Assembly: GCA_001724265.1 (NCBI GenBank)
Contig: MEDY01000105.1
Location: 1-64,000, forward strand
DNA length: 64,000 bases
DNA from: Rhizaria sp. SCN 62-66
Lineage: Eukaryota
Direction: 5' to 3'
Part shown: in pieces, positions 1-12,244 of the stretch
How positions within the stretch are numbered: position 1 is the stretch's first letter
Layout of the letters: the number at the start of each line of letters is the position of its first letter
The notes under the pieces: generated by a model
What the model was told of the DNA's origin: nothing
Seen by the model: only the letters and a program-made list of their open reading frames with translations
Databases searched by the model: none
Program-made: the position numbers and the translations under genes

Positions 1-2
1 CG

Positions 3-3000
3 CTGCCCGCTGCCCCCGGCAGGGCCGCCGCGCGCGCGCCGCCGCCGCGCGCCGCTGCCGCCGCTGCCGCCGCAGCCGCGGCGCAAGCGCCGCCCTCGCG
101 CCCCGCGGCCGCCACTGCGCTCTCGCGCCAGCTGCTTACACCGCCGGCCGCGCGCGCTGCCTCTGCGTCCGCCTATGCTTCTGGCGCCGCTTCGAGCGCT
201 GCAGCGCCCGCAGTGCCTGCGCCGGGCGTCGCTGGCTCCGCCCCGGCCGCGCTGCAGGCGCATCCGCCGTTTCTGGGCTCTACGTCATCAGCGTCTTCGC
301 TGTCGGCTGCAACCGCTGCAGCGACTGGCGCGGCCGCGGTTCCTGCGCTGCGGCGCGCGGCCGCGCTGCTTCGCGTGCGTGTGCCCGCGAGCGCGCTGGC
401 GCTGGCGCCGGTGTGCGCGGCCGTGCCGGCGCCCGTCGGCCCCGCCGCTTCGCTGCTGGATCGCGCTCTCCGTCGCCAGCTCACCGCGCTCTCCGCGGCC
501 CCGGTCTCAGCTTCCCCTGCGCGCACCGCCGCTGCGCGTGCGACCCGCGCTGTGGCACCACCTGCGGCTGGCCCCTTGGGCCCGACGCGGGGCATGAACG
601 ATGACTGGGACGGCGACATTGACCGCAACGGCGACACGAACTGGACCGGTATCGAAGACTGCGACAGAGACAGCGACGACGCCGCCGACTGCGGCGAAGA
701 GGACGAGGACGGCCACGGCGCGGACGCCGCGCCCGACTCGATCTACAAGGTCTGGCGTCTGCGCCGCGCCCGTGCGGCACGTGATAAGCGTGACCCCGGC
801 ACCAACGCTGATGACGGCGCGGATTGTGAGGGACGCAGCGCGACTGCGCGGCTCCGCGAGGAGCTTCTCTTTACTGTTCGCTCGCGGGAGTAGCTCTGCG
901 AGGTGCGCGATGTCAAGATCGTTGCTGCTGCGGCAAACTCAAGTGAGGCCGCTAGCACCACTGCGAGCACTGGGCACGCCAAGAGGAGGGCGCGCGCGTC
1001 CGCGGCGGCTGCGCTGCCCGCGCCGCTGGCGGTGGTGTACGCCGTGCGCGCGACGCCGCTGCTGTCCCCGCGCGCGCCGCCGGCGCCCGTGGCCGCGCGC
1101 GCCGCGGTGCCTCTGCCGGCCGCGGCCGCCACGCATGCCGCCGCACTGTCCGCGCTGTCTGTGCTGGCCGCGGCCGCGGTGCGCGACGCCCACGGGCTGC
1201 CCGCGTTCACGGCCGCGGCGGCGCTGCAGACGCTCGTGCGCGAGCAGCAGGCCGCGCTGACCGCGACAGCGGCCGCCGCGCCCAAAGCGCTCTCGGTGCG
1301 GCGCCTGCGCGCGCTGGCCGCCGCTCCCGCGCTGGCCGCGGTGCCCGCGGATGACGCCGCCGCAGTGTTATCCTGCCCGTGTCCGGTGTGCGAGTTCGCA
1401 CGCGGAGAGGGGCCCGTCGCTGCGTTTGCTGACGCATTCAATGAAACAGTAATTGCCGCGCTTGCCGTCTTCACACCCGCAGCTGCCTTGACAACACCTT
1501 TTAAGAAGGAAAGCGCTGCGGGCTCAAACGCGAGCACGAACATGAACCTGAACGCTCTCGCGCAGCCGCTGGGCACGCTGGGCCTGCGGCGCGTGCCCGC
1601 GGGCGCCGGCGCCGGGCAACTCCCGAGTGCAATGACTGGTGCCACCGGGGACTCGCTGCTGCCACGGCTGCCGCGCGTGTCGGACGACGTGACGCCGTCG
1701 CAAGACGCGATTTCGCTCTCACATGGCTTCTCATCAAACTCGTCATCGTCGTCATTGCAACCGCAGTTACCTCAATGGTCCCAGTCTCAGTCCCAGTCTC
1801 TGTCACAGCCATTACAGCAACATCTGCAGGCGGGAGCTGCTGGATTTCCGTCCTCATTCCGTTCTGCCGCAGCCCCTAATTTCGCCGGCGAGCGCGCGGA
1901 CGATAACGCGGCCGAGACAGACGCGCTCCCGGGCTCCGCTGTCAAGCGCGCGCGCCACTGGTCGTCCTCGCCCGCCGAGCCTTCGTCCCCCAGCCACTGC
2001 AGCAACGGCGGTACAAGCAGCGAGGGCGACGGGGGGTGCTGCGTGGAGCTGCCCAGCGTCGGCGTCGCGGCTGCTGCGAGAGTTCCATTGCCACCGCTGC
2101 TGGCAGATCCACGCGCGGCCACGGCGCTTGCGTCGGCCCCGTTTGCCGCTGCCGCGCGCAGCGTCTGGGGCCCTGCGCGTCGCTGCGGTCCGGGCCCCTT
2201 CCTCGCCGTGATCCCTGTGCTGCCCGCAGCGGCTGCGACGGGCGCTGACAGCAGTGCCTCAACGCGTGCAGCGCCACTGGTGTGGTGCAAGCTGCCTGTG
2301 CGGCCACCCACCGGCGCATCGCCGCTTTGCACTTGCACAAGTCCGTTATTGTCGCGGCTTTGTGCGCACTGCGACGCACTGGCCGCGGGCGAGGCCTTTT
2401 CCGACGCCTCCGCGTACGCTGCACGCGCCGCCCGCGTCCACACGTTGCTGCGCGGACTCGCTGCTGCGCTGACCTCGATTGTCTCTGCACCCGCGCGCTT
2501 GACCGCCGCACTGGCCGCGACTGGCGTAGTCAAGGGCGCGCCCGCAGCCCCACCTCTGCTGTCTGCTGCACTGTTGGCCGCGCTGGCAGCGCGCTTTGTC
2601 GCCGAGGACGGCGCTGCCGAAGCTCCACGCGACGCGGCCGCAGCCGCCGAGCGCGACGACGTCAACTCTCTGTTTTATCCCGGCGTGCTGGACTGGCTCG
2701 AGATAGTCGACGCCACCGTCAACACAGGCACTGGCAGCGGCGCGGGCAGTCCGACTGTGGGCGCGAGCATGCTGGTGAAGCTGGGGCAGCGCGACATGCT
2801 TGCGCTGCGGTGCCCGCGGCCGGGCGTGGTGCTGCCGATGTGGCTACCGGGCACCGCGAATCTGAGCGGCGCCGACGCCTTCGTCTGCGCCGGCCCGCGC
2901 GCAGTGCTTTCGGCGTTCGCGACCGGGCTCGACTACACGCGCCGCGTGCCGCTCGACGCGCTGCTCGGTAACTGGGGCCGAGCGCGCGCGCACGCCGCCG

Positions 3001-6000
3001 CTGCCGTCCTGGCGCGGCCCCGCAGCACTAAGACCTTTGCACCCACAGTCCCCGTAACTGTTGCGGCACAAAAGGCGGCAGCCACCGAGGCCATTGACGA
3101 CGAAAACGTGTTTGCACTGCCAGAACTTGAGACCACTGCAACGCGCAGCTCTAGAGACGTTACCACTGACGCCGACGTTACCATTAGCCCTGCACCTATT
3201 GATACGCTATCCCCGCGAGGGCGTCGCCGTGACCGCAGCAGCCCCTCACTGAGTGCTGCGCCCGCTCCTGGCGTCAAGCCCGCTCTGCCTGCCGCTGCCG
3301 CGCCCACTGTCACTTCAGTCACTGCCCGGCCGAATGCTCACTTGCAAGCGCAACCCCACGTGTTCACAAACTCGCCGCCGACGCTGTCGACGCGCCCCGC
3401 CGTGCCTTCGGTGCCGCTATTCTCTTCGCCACCGCTGCCTTCTCTTTCACCCTCGCATGCAGCCGCGCCCGGCCGCGCCACAGCGCAGCGCCAACGGCAT
3501 GCGGACACCGCCACAAGCGCTGCGCGGAACAACGGTCAGCATGCGCTCGCCGCGCCTTCCGCGGCCCCAGGAGACTCGACACCTGCGTCCCCAACCGTGT
3601 TTCACGGGCCTGTGCCGCGTTTTAGCCCTAGCTATAGCCCTGCTCAGCAGCGCAGCGGCCGCAGCACCGCGCACGCGTCGCCCGCGTCCGTGCGCATGTC
3701 GCCCTCGCTGCGCGCGCCGCGCCGCGTGACCGCGGACGTTGTGTTCGCCGAAGCCGACGCTGGAGTCGCGCCGCCGTCGCTTGTCTACGGCTCGCCCCCG
3801 CCACTGCCGCAGCTGACTGCGACTGCGCACGCCGTCGCGACGCCCGGCTCCCCGCGACAGAGCGCGGGGCCCGCGGTGCCGACGCCCAGCACGTTCTCTT
3901 CCCTTCTTACGCTCTCGGCCGGCGGCGCGCGCGCATACCAGCAGCTGCGGGCGCAACACCTCCCTGCCGTGGCGGCTGCGGGGGGCGGTGTCGCGACGGC
4001 GCGGGGGCGGTTCGTGGCGTTGAGCGGGGCAGACGAGACGCTTGCAGACACGGTTGACGTCGCGCTCGTGCCACGCGTCAATGCTGCTGCTGGCCCCGAT
4101 TCGATCACCGATATGTCTGCTGCTGATGTCTGGCCGAGCCCGCTGCGGACCGCACGGCCTCCGTTGACTGCTGAGCTGGTGACTGCGGCGCTCGACTCGC
4201 CCTGGGCGCGGGAGCGGTCTGCGCCTGGCACGGGACACACCGAGCTCCTCGCTGCCGCGAGCCGCGCCTCTGTCGCCGTGCTGGCCGCTTCACACGCTGC
4301 GGCCGCCGCCGACGCCGCTGCAGCAGCTACCGAAGCCGCCACCGCCCGCGAGCGTGCTGAGGCGTTCGCACGCGAGCTCGACGCCGCCGCCGACGCCGCT
4401 GTCGCGGGTGCGTTTACTGGATCAAGTCATGGTGCTGTCACAGAGACCATTAAGCAGCCTGCTGATGATGGTAAGGTCAGCATTGTTGTTGCTGAAGATG
4501 ACTCTAGGCATGACGACCTTTCCGCCGACAACCAAGAGGACAACGACGGCTCATCGAGCGGGAGTGGCTGCGGGAGCGGGAGCGAGAGCTGGAGCGACTG
4601 TGGAAGTGGCAGCGAGAGTGACGGCGAGGCGCAGAGCCCGTGGCATCCGACGCGGCCGGAGCTGCTGGTGCCGCCGCCGCATTTCACGCTTGCGCCTGCA
4701 TCTACAGCGATTCAGGCAGCGGTTGCAGGCACCGCACCCAGTTACAGGACTGCCGCTGCTGATTTCGCACCAAATGCTGCCACAGTGACGCACGCGCCGT
4801 CTGCACCGCTCGTCTCGGCGTCGCCGCTGCCGTGGCTTTGGGCTGGCTCACCGACCGCCGCGCTGGCGGCGTCGCCGCTACAGGTGCTGTTTCCGCGTGT
4901 GCAGACCTTCCTCAATGCTGCGGCCTCATCTGCGCAACAAGGCCCTTCACAGAAACCGACTGTAGGCACTCCCCCGCAGTGCATCGGTACCGTTTCTCGT
5001 ATCCCATCATTCGGCACATGCGCGCCACGCCCCTGCCCCGCGCCCGGCCCGCTGCTATTCCTGCCGACGGGCCTGCTCGCACCTGCTGTTGGCGCGGTCT
5101 CGACATGGAGCGCAGTCGCGGCTGCTCGTCTGCCGCGACAGCCATGGCAGGCTCTAGCTCCTACACACCATTCTGCGAGCACGACTCAGTCACGTTCGAG
5201 TGGGCCTCGCACCAGCATTCATTGCCCCTCTGCGACAGCTGCGCCGTCATTGTCCCCACCGTCTGGCCCCACTTTTTCTCCCACAGGCGCCGCCGCCGCC
5301 CCGATGCTTGACGGCTCTGCCCCCGCCACGCCTTCTTCCACTTTAAGCGCCACTGCGCGCGCCCATTCTGACGGAGAAGGTGACATTCTTGATGTGTCTG
5401 GCCTTGTGAATGCTATCAACCAGGCTGAGTCAGCGGCTGCAGCTCATCAGTCCCAGCCACCATAGCAGCCGCAACGACTGCCGATGGCAGCTATCATCAG
5501 CGACGTGCTGACGACTAGCTTTGAGCAATACCTCTCGTTCCTGGGTTTCCAGACCTCTGTGGCGTGCCTCAGCCATGCACAAGGACTGGCTTGCATTGCG
5601 GTGCCGTGCGATCACCGCCGCCGCGCGCGCGTCGCCAGCGTTGCTGCCGCCGCCAAGACTGCGCTAAGCGCCGCGCTTGCTACTGGCGACGCCGCGACCG
5701 CGAGCTCTGCGGCGGTTTCGGCGGCTGCGGTGATGAGCGCGGCGCTCTGCAGTGCGCTGGAGTACCCTCTGCCCGAGCGCAACGGCGAACGCGTGAGCGA
5801 GATCCTCGACGTGCTTGGCGCGCCGTATCGCGTGTGCTTCGTGGACGTGACCTCGGGCGCGACGCTGCTTGAGCTGCGGCCTGAGGACGAGCCACTTGCC
5901 GCGCAGCCGCACGCGACCGCCGCGCTCGCCGCCATTGCAGCCGCGGGGCCTGCCGCCTTAGTGAACGCAGAGGAGGTGCTTGTGCTGCTTAGCACGCCAG

Positions 6001-7553
6001 CGGAGCAGCGAGCGCGCACCGCGCAGCTGCGTGCGACGGTCACAGCTCGTGGTGGGCGCGGTGGGCATGGGGTGGGTGCACCGCCGCTTGCGATGCCGTG
6101 GCTTTCTGCACCGAGCGTAGAGCACGCGGCAGATTTGTTAAATCACGGCAGTGTCAAAACCAGTGTTGGCGCTGGCAGCGGAGGTAGCGGCAGCGTGTTT
6201 GAGACGCCTTCACGCCGTGGCCGCCACCGCCGTCCGTCCGTTGCAGGCGAGCTCATGGCCGACGACGCTGTTTACAGCCCTCACAGCCACCATCACGGCC
6301 ACGGGCATAGCGCCCACAGTCATCAACGCAGCCGCAGTGACAGTAAAACCCGCGCCGCCGTTACTCCCCGCGGTCACGGCGACGCAATCTCCGTGCCAGG
6401 GTCCAGCGCGGCAGTTGCGCGCCCGGCTCCCATGACACCGCTGCCGGCATGGTTTGAGAAGATCCGCGCGTTGCTGCAGCCCGCTTACAGCTACATTCCG
6501 AGACACTCTGTTGCTTTCCATGGCTCTTATGATTCTGGCCCATGGTTTAGAGCACACGTCCAAACTACGCACTTGTCGCAGGCTCACGCGTTGGCTGCAT
6601 TTGCGCGCTCACCGGTGCCTCGCACCCCGTTGCAGCTCACCCCGCAACCGCGTATTGCTGCGTCTGCCTACACTTCCGTTTCAGCGTCAGGTGCTCGTCA
6701 TAACACAACTTCAACGACTACCGCTGCAACAACGGCTACGAGCATGCGCGCAGTCCCATCAGCGAGCGTGCTGGGTGTGCACTGCGCGGGCGCCACGCGC
6801 GCGGCGGCTGTGCCTGCTGCCGCACTGGAGGGCGTTCAAGCGTTGCTTCTTACAGTGGACGAGATTGACTCCGGTTCCGACTCTGACTCCGGCGATGATA
6901 GCGAGAGCGATGATGATGACACAACAAGCGAGCTCTGCAAAGAGTGTGCTGACGAGTGTGTCCAAGATGAGCCTGATTGGGCTCACTCGCCATCGCATTC
7001 ACAGTCGCTGTCAGACATACAAACTCGATGTGCAGCGTGCACTCGGCGCGCGCGGCGACTGCGCGCTCGTGCACGCCTGCAACAGCGCAGTGGTGGTACA
7101 AAGAAGCAAGAACCTTTCGTAGTTTTGTGGCTCGGCACGTATGCCGGGGAAGTCGCTGCCTTCGCGGCAGGCTCCCTGACTGGTTCAAGCACGAGCTCAA
7201 TCGCAAGCTTTGCTCAGGGCCTCGGCATGGCTCCCCTCGACGCACCGTCGGCCGCAGAGAGATCGCTGCTGGCGGCATTCTCCACGGACGCGTATGAGGG
7301 CGAGAGCGCAGCGTTTGACACCGCGTTTGACCCTTTGAGTGAAGCGACGCCAGCTGAGTTTGATTTAGACACAGCTGACGCAGTGCTACTGCGGCGCAAC
7401 TGTGCGCCAGCAACAACAGCTGATTGGGACGGACAGAGCTGGGACGCTGAGCTGGCTGCTGAGGCAGCAGCAGACACGGCGGATGCAGCGTTAGCTTTCG
7501 CTGTTCAGACGGGCGACTGGAGTTGCTTCGCGAGCACCAGTGTGCTGAACTGA
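3..7553 (+). CDS. Large hypothetical Ala/Pro/Ser-rich protein, 5'-truncated by the window edge (>=2516 aa if TAG is sense); in-frame TAG at 891-893 and 5463-5465
   Basis: Track ORFs 213..893, 903..5465 and 5484..7553 are all in one frame, which is open from base 3 and broken only by two single TAG codons. It ends at TGA 7551-7553, followed by an AT-rich stretch with AATAAA at 7666-7671. Cys clusters: CPCPVC, CTC..CAHC, CKEC..C, CAAC. No family recognised. Confidence 0.7.
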
Positions 7554-7935
7554 CGCGACACATCACAAGATTACTTACGAGGACACAGGCCGATTTGATA
7601 TCGACTTCAGATTCTATCTATCACATATTCATTACTGAGTTTGTATCGACTTACATAGTTTCAATAATAAAGCGTTATTTTTCTTCCACATCCTTTGAGT
7701 TGTCAAGTTTTCAGAGTTAGTATGACACATGAAGAAAGACATAGTCCACAAAAACACAGTCCTTCTTTCAGGCCCGAGGCCTTATGGGTATCATGAAAGT
7801 GTCGGCAGGTACGTATAAAACTTGTGATTTATTTCTTCGCCTATATACCAGGGCTACTGGCCCGGCCATCAGACAGTTCATAACAATCATGATCCTCAAT
7901 ACCTTGCGTCATCTAACGCAGCTTAAATGCGCTGC

Positions 7936-10357
7936 TCACCAGCCCGCAGTGACGGGGGCGCGCACCGTGGCGCCGGCGGCCGCGAGCCTGTTGAGCTCGG
8001 CGAGCGTCACAACGCCGCTCTGCTGCGGCGCGGGCTGGTCCGCCGCGTGCGCGCGCACGGCGCCCGGCACGGAGGGCGGCATTAACGGCCCCACGGCGGC
8101 GCGCGCGGCGCGCTCGGCGTTGGCGCGCACGGCCTCGACGTCGCTCGACACGGGCGGCAGCGCAGGCAGCGGCAGCTCCATGCCGAACGTGCGTGCCAGG
8201 CGCTCCACCAGCGGCCGCGCACGCTTGGTCCGCGCAGCGCCAGTCTCGGCACTGGCACCAGCAGTGGCAGAGGCGGCGACGGCGGCGGCGGCTCGCGCGG
8301 CGGCGGCGTCGGCGAGCTCGGCGGCGCCGGGCAGCGGCGCGAGTCCCGGCGCGGCGGTCATGGCGGCCGAGAGATGCTGCCAGTCGCGCTCGCCGACGGC
8401 GAAGAGGCGCGCGACGCGCGAGTCGAAGAGCTCCTCCTTAACGGCGTCGAGGTTCGAGTACTTGGCCCACTTGCTCTGCAGCGACTTGGCCGAGAGCTCG
8501 AAGATGCCGACCGTGCCGGACTTCTTCATGTCCTGCAGCTTCTTGGCCTGCACGCGCATGCGCGCCACCTCGAGCTGCGCCAGTTCGCGCTCGGCCTCAA
8601 CCAGCTTGGCGTGATGCACCGACTCCTGCGCCATGCGCTGGCGGTCCGCCTCGTCCGCGGGGCCCGCGCCGCCGCGCGCGAGCGCAGCCAGCTCGTCGTC
8701 GATGAGCGAGCGCAGGTGCGAGATGCGGCCCTTAAGCGTCATCCGCTCGTGCTCAAAGTCGGCGATCACCTTGCGCTCGCGCCTGCGCCGCTCCAGCTGC
8801 CGGTTGAGCGTCTCCTCGTCCCACACGAAGGTGCGGCGCAGGCGCTCCTTGGCCGAGTAGAGCGCATCCAGCGCCGCGGGCGTCGGCAGCGGGCGGCGCG
8901 CGGCCACGCTGGCGGCCAGGAACGCGCGCAGCTCCTCCTCGCCGATGCTTTGGTTGGACACGTTGAGCAGCGGCATCTCGAGCAGCTCGGCGCCGTGGCG
9001 CACGCGCAGGCGCTTGTCCGTGGAGCCCTTGCCAAAGGCGTAGCGGGCGCCGCCCGGCTTGAGGAAGACGGCGACGACCTCGGCGCAGAGGTTCTGCGTC
9101 GCGCCGTCGGGCGCCGTGCGCGCCACGCGGACAAAGAGCCCGGGCATGTAGTCGTCGAAGTACGGGTCGTCGACCATGCGCTCCAGCATCACGCGCCGGA
9201 TCTGGACGCGCTTCACGTGCTTGAGCTCCAGCGCGCGGTCGTCCTCGGCCGCGGCCACGGCAGCGGCGGCGGACGCCGCGTGGCGCGCAGTGGCCGCGGC
9301 GCCCGCGGCGGCGGCGGCGCCCGTGGTGGCCTTCTTGGTCGAGGTGGCGGCGCGCGAGTAGTCGCGGGAGCCGATGCCGCGCTCGCCGTCGGCGTCGTCA
9401 TCGTCGTCGTCGTCGTCAATGAAGCCCGCGAGATCGTCGTCGCCCGAGTCGTCGTCGACGAGCCCGGCGCCCGCGTCGTCGTCGTCGTCGTCGCTGTCGA
9501 GGTCGAGCCCGACGCCGCGGCGGCCGCCCTGCGCCTTAAGCGCGAGCAGCTTCTGCAGCTGGCTGTGCTGGCCCGCAGACATGCCCGCGCGGCCGCCCGT
9601 CGCCGACGCGCTGCGGGCGCCCATGGCCTCGCGCACGGAGCGGGACACGGCGGCCTCGTCCGCGTCGTCGTCATCGTCGTCAGAGCCCGCAGAGCGGCGC
9701 TTGCGGGAGGCCTTGGCCTTCTTCTCCTTCTTCTCTTTCTTTTCTTTCTTCTCCTTCTTTTCCTTTTTCTCCTTCTTCTCCTTTTTCTCTTTCTTCTCCT
9801 TCTTGCCCTTGGCCTTGCTCTTGTCCTTGGCCTGCGCGACGGCGGCCGCGGCGGCGCGCTGGCGCTGGTCGTTGCGGATCTGCGCCATCATCGCGCGACG
9901 TTCGCGCATTTCCTGATTCTTAAGGCCGAGGTTGTAGACGTACTCTTCGCGCTGCAGGGCGGTCATGCCGGCCATCAGCGCCTCGTCCTCAGCCTCGGAG
10001 ACCTCGCCGTCACCCGCGGCGTCGACCTGGTCATCCTCGTCGTCTCTGCGCGCGCCGCCGCCGCGGGTGGGCGCGGCGTCGCCGTCGTCGTCGGAGCCGG
10101 AGCCTGAGCCGGAGCCGCTTTCGGAGCCGGCGTCGGAGAGTTCGGACTCCGAGAACTCAGACTCGCTTCTGTTAAGGGGAATACGGGAGAGGGATGTGTG
10201 CAGGTGTGAGTCGAAGAGAGGTACATCTGCAGTGAGGGATGGGTGCGAGGGAGAGTGGGCAGAGTGAAGATCAAGGTTTTGAAACGTACCCGAGCTCAGC
10301 GAAGGCTTCAGACTCATCGCTATCACCAGAGGACTTCCGCGTAGACCTCCTGCCCAT
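7936..10357 (-). CDS. RTF1: RNA polymerase-associated protein RTF1 (Paf1 complex, Plus3 domain); exons 10357-10290 and 10168-7936, ~766 aa
   Basis: HMD-like segment EDEALMAGMTALQREEYVYN. Plus3-like segment LKHVKRVQIRRVMLERMVDDPYFDDYMPGLFVRV...CAEVVAV...YAFGKGSTDKRLRVRHG...VSNQSIGEEE. Exon 1 (MGRRSTRKSSGDSDESEAFAELG) joins in phase across a GTACGT...TTAACAG intron. Stop is TGA. Confidence 0.85.
9718..9804 (-). repeat. Coding (KKE)~9 tripeptide repeat in RTF1
   Basis: Purine-only 9-nt unit repeat on the minus strand, translating to KKEKKE...KK. Confidence 0.85.
10169..10289 (-). other. Spliceosomal intron in RTF1 (121 nt)
   Basis: GTACGT donor, CTCAC branch-like motif, pyrimidine tract and AACAG acceptor; the phase-2 junction restores the frame. 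Confidence 0.75.
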
Positions 10358-10912
10358 AGTGACTATAGAGAAACGCATTATAAACAAAATAAATGGAGTT
10401 AGTGAGATGTGGGGAGCGGGAGGACGTGGCCTAGGGCGACTCCGGCCCGAATGGACTGAGCGGTGGACGACGCAGATTCATCCTCGGAGCAGAGGATCTT
10501 ATTGTTGCCAATTTAAAACAATATTATTTTGAATAGATAATATAGAGCACTGAGTCATTCAAACGCATATCAAAGTCCTATCAAAACGACCGATGCTGCC
10601 GTTAGAGACCTCGCCAAGATCGCTTACGGCGGTTTGCCTGGCCAACCTCGCAACACCCACCGACTTCGCCAAAACGCAAGACAAGTCGAGCGAAATCAGA
10701 GCGTGAACGAGCATATCATGAGGTCATTGCAGGGGAGGACAGAGAGAAGAGGCATGTTTTGATATGTATAAGGGTTGTTAATACGTTGGATTTTTGTTTT
10801 TTGGTTTTCACGCGTGAGTTTTTCTCACTCTGCATGTGGTTCTTATTATCTGAAGTTTAAATATCATCTCGGGCACGGCCGCTCGGTGCGCCGCCGCGCC
10901 GCAGCGGCTGGC

Positions 10913-12244
10913 TTACTTCTGGGCCTTGGGGCCGCCCTTGCTCTTGGCGGCGGCGAGGAAGGACGCGTAGCCGCCGATGGTGGCGTTCTCGTCGAAGAGG
11001 TCGAGCGCGGCCTGGCGCTGCGCCTCGGCGGCCGCGGCCGCGTCGGCCGTCTTGCGCGCGCGGAACGCGTCGACGGGGCGCACGGCGAGCGGGACCTGGC
11101 GCTTCGACACCTGCGGCTCCGCGCGGAGGAACGGGCGCGTCTGCGTGGTCTGGCCCTCGGTAAAAATGGCGTGCTCGTCGAGCCCCAGGTCGCGGAGCAG
11201 CACCTGGTACGTGCGGAAGCGGTGGCGCTGCAAGTACTTGAGCAGGCGGCGGCGCTTGCCCAGCAGCAGGTGGTAGGGTAGCGTCGACGCCTTGTCCTGC
11301 TTGTGGCGCGAGCGGTGCAGCTCCATAACGTTGAGGCGCTCAGTGAGGACGGCGATCTGGACCTCGGTGGAGCCCGTGTCGCCGTCGCGGCGCTTATAAT
11401 GGTCGACGATGGCCGCCGTCTTGGCCTTGCGGATGTCGGCCGAGGACGCGAGGTCCAGAGCAACGGCCTGGCGTGCCAGCGCTACGTGCGCCGCCTCGGC
11501 CGGGTCCGCGGCCTGGCGCGCGAGCCCGTCGAAGAGCACGTTCTGCAGCTTGGCCTCGGAGGACAGGCCCTCGAGCATGGCCGCGCGCGTGAGGTCGTCG
11601 GCCTCGGAGCGCGAGATCGAGTCGTTGCGCGACTTGGTGCGCGCCTTCTCCGTCTTCATAAACTCGGTGTTAGTGTCGTCGTTCTCCGTGGTGTGGCGAA
11701 AGATGTCCGAGTGCGGCCGGTTGCGCGCCACGGCGGCCTTCTTGGCGGCCAGGTACTCGGCGTTGAGCTTCTTGCGCTCCTCGAACGCCGCCACCAGCTC
11801 AGCCGAGCGGCGCGGGTGCACGGCGGGGGGCTGCGCCGCAGCCTTGAGAGGCTGCGCGGCGGCCTGCGCAAAGAGCGACTCGTACTTGGCGACGTACTGG
11901 GCGCGGGAGCGCGTCTCGGGCGCGGTGGCGATGACGGGGCGGGCGGCGACGTACTCGGGGGTGAACTCGGGGTCGATCACCTCGATGTACTCCTCGTCGT
12001 CGTCGTAGCGGCGGTTGCGGCGGGGCATGGAACGCTCAGAGTCGGAGGACATCGCGGCGCGGACCTCGGAGATGGGCGCGACGGCAACAGCGGAGGCGCT
12101 GGTGGTGGTGCGCGCAGAGGCGGCGAGGCGGGCAGACAGAGCAGAGCCAGTAGCCAGGCTGCTCATGTTGCGCGACTGCTGCCGGACGGCGCCCAGGAGC
12201 AGCTGCATGCCTTGCTGTGCTTGAGTGAGAGCACGACCAGACAT
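10913..12244 (-). CDS. MRPS15: Mitochondrial ribosomal protein uS15m, ~443 aa with long N-terminal extension
   Basis: Bacterial-type S15 core DGDTGSTEVQIAVLTERL...HKQDKAS...LLGKRRRLLKYL...YQVLLRDLGL. The N-terminus from ATG 12244 (MSGRALTQAQQGMQLLLGAVRQQSRNMSS) has no acidic residues and resembles a mitochondrial presequence. Stop is TAA. Confidence 0.88.
   Translation of the reverse strand: MSGRALTQAQQGMQLLLGAVRQQSRNMSSLATGSALSARLAASARTTTSASAVAVAPISEVRAAMSSDSERSMPRRNRRYDDDEEYIEVIDPEFTPEYVAARPVIATAPETRSRAQYVAKYESLFAQAAAQPLKAAAQPPAVHPRRSAELVAAFEERKKLNAEYLAAKKAAVARNRPHSDIFRHTTENDDTNTEFMKTEKARTKSRNDSISRSEADDLTRAAMLEGLSSEAKLQNVLFDGLARQAADPAEAAHVALARQAVALDLASSADIRKAKTAAIVDHYKRRDGDTGSTEVQIAVLTERLNVMELHRSRHKQDKASTLPYHLLLGKRRRLLKYLQRHRFRTYQVLLRDLGLDEHAIFTEGQTTQTRPFLRAEPQVSKRQVPLAVRPVDAFRARKTADAAAAAEAQRQAALDLFDENATIGGYASFLAAAKSKGGPKAQK

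Noticed and set aside
5463-5471. Selenocysteine, pyrrolysine or TMV-type readthrough explanation for the TAGs
   Set aside because: Sec uses UGA, Pyl is not known in eukaryotes, and none of the five sites matches UAG-CAR-YYA exactly. A-to-I or U-to-C editing is not excluded but is less parsimonious given that no gene ends in TAG.
903-7553. Treating 213..893, 903..5465 and 5484..7553 as three genes
   Set aside because: Same frame, 9-18 nt gaps, no AT-rich spacer or UTR signals; better modelled as one CDS.
10169-10326. Track start of RTF1 reading through 10289-10169
   Set aside because: This segment has donor, branch and acceptor signals and is better explained as an intron, with exon 1 in another frame.
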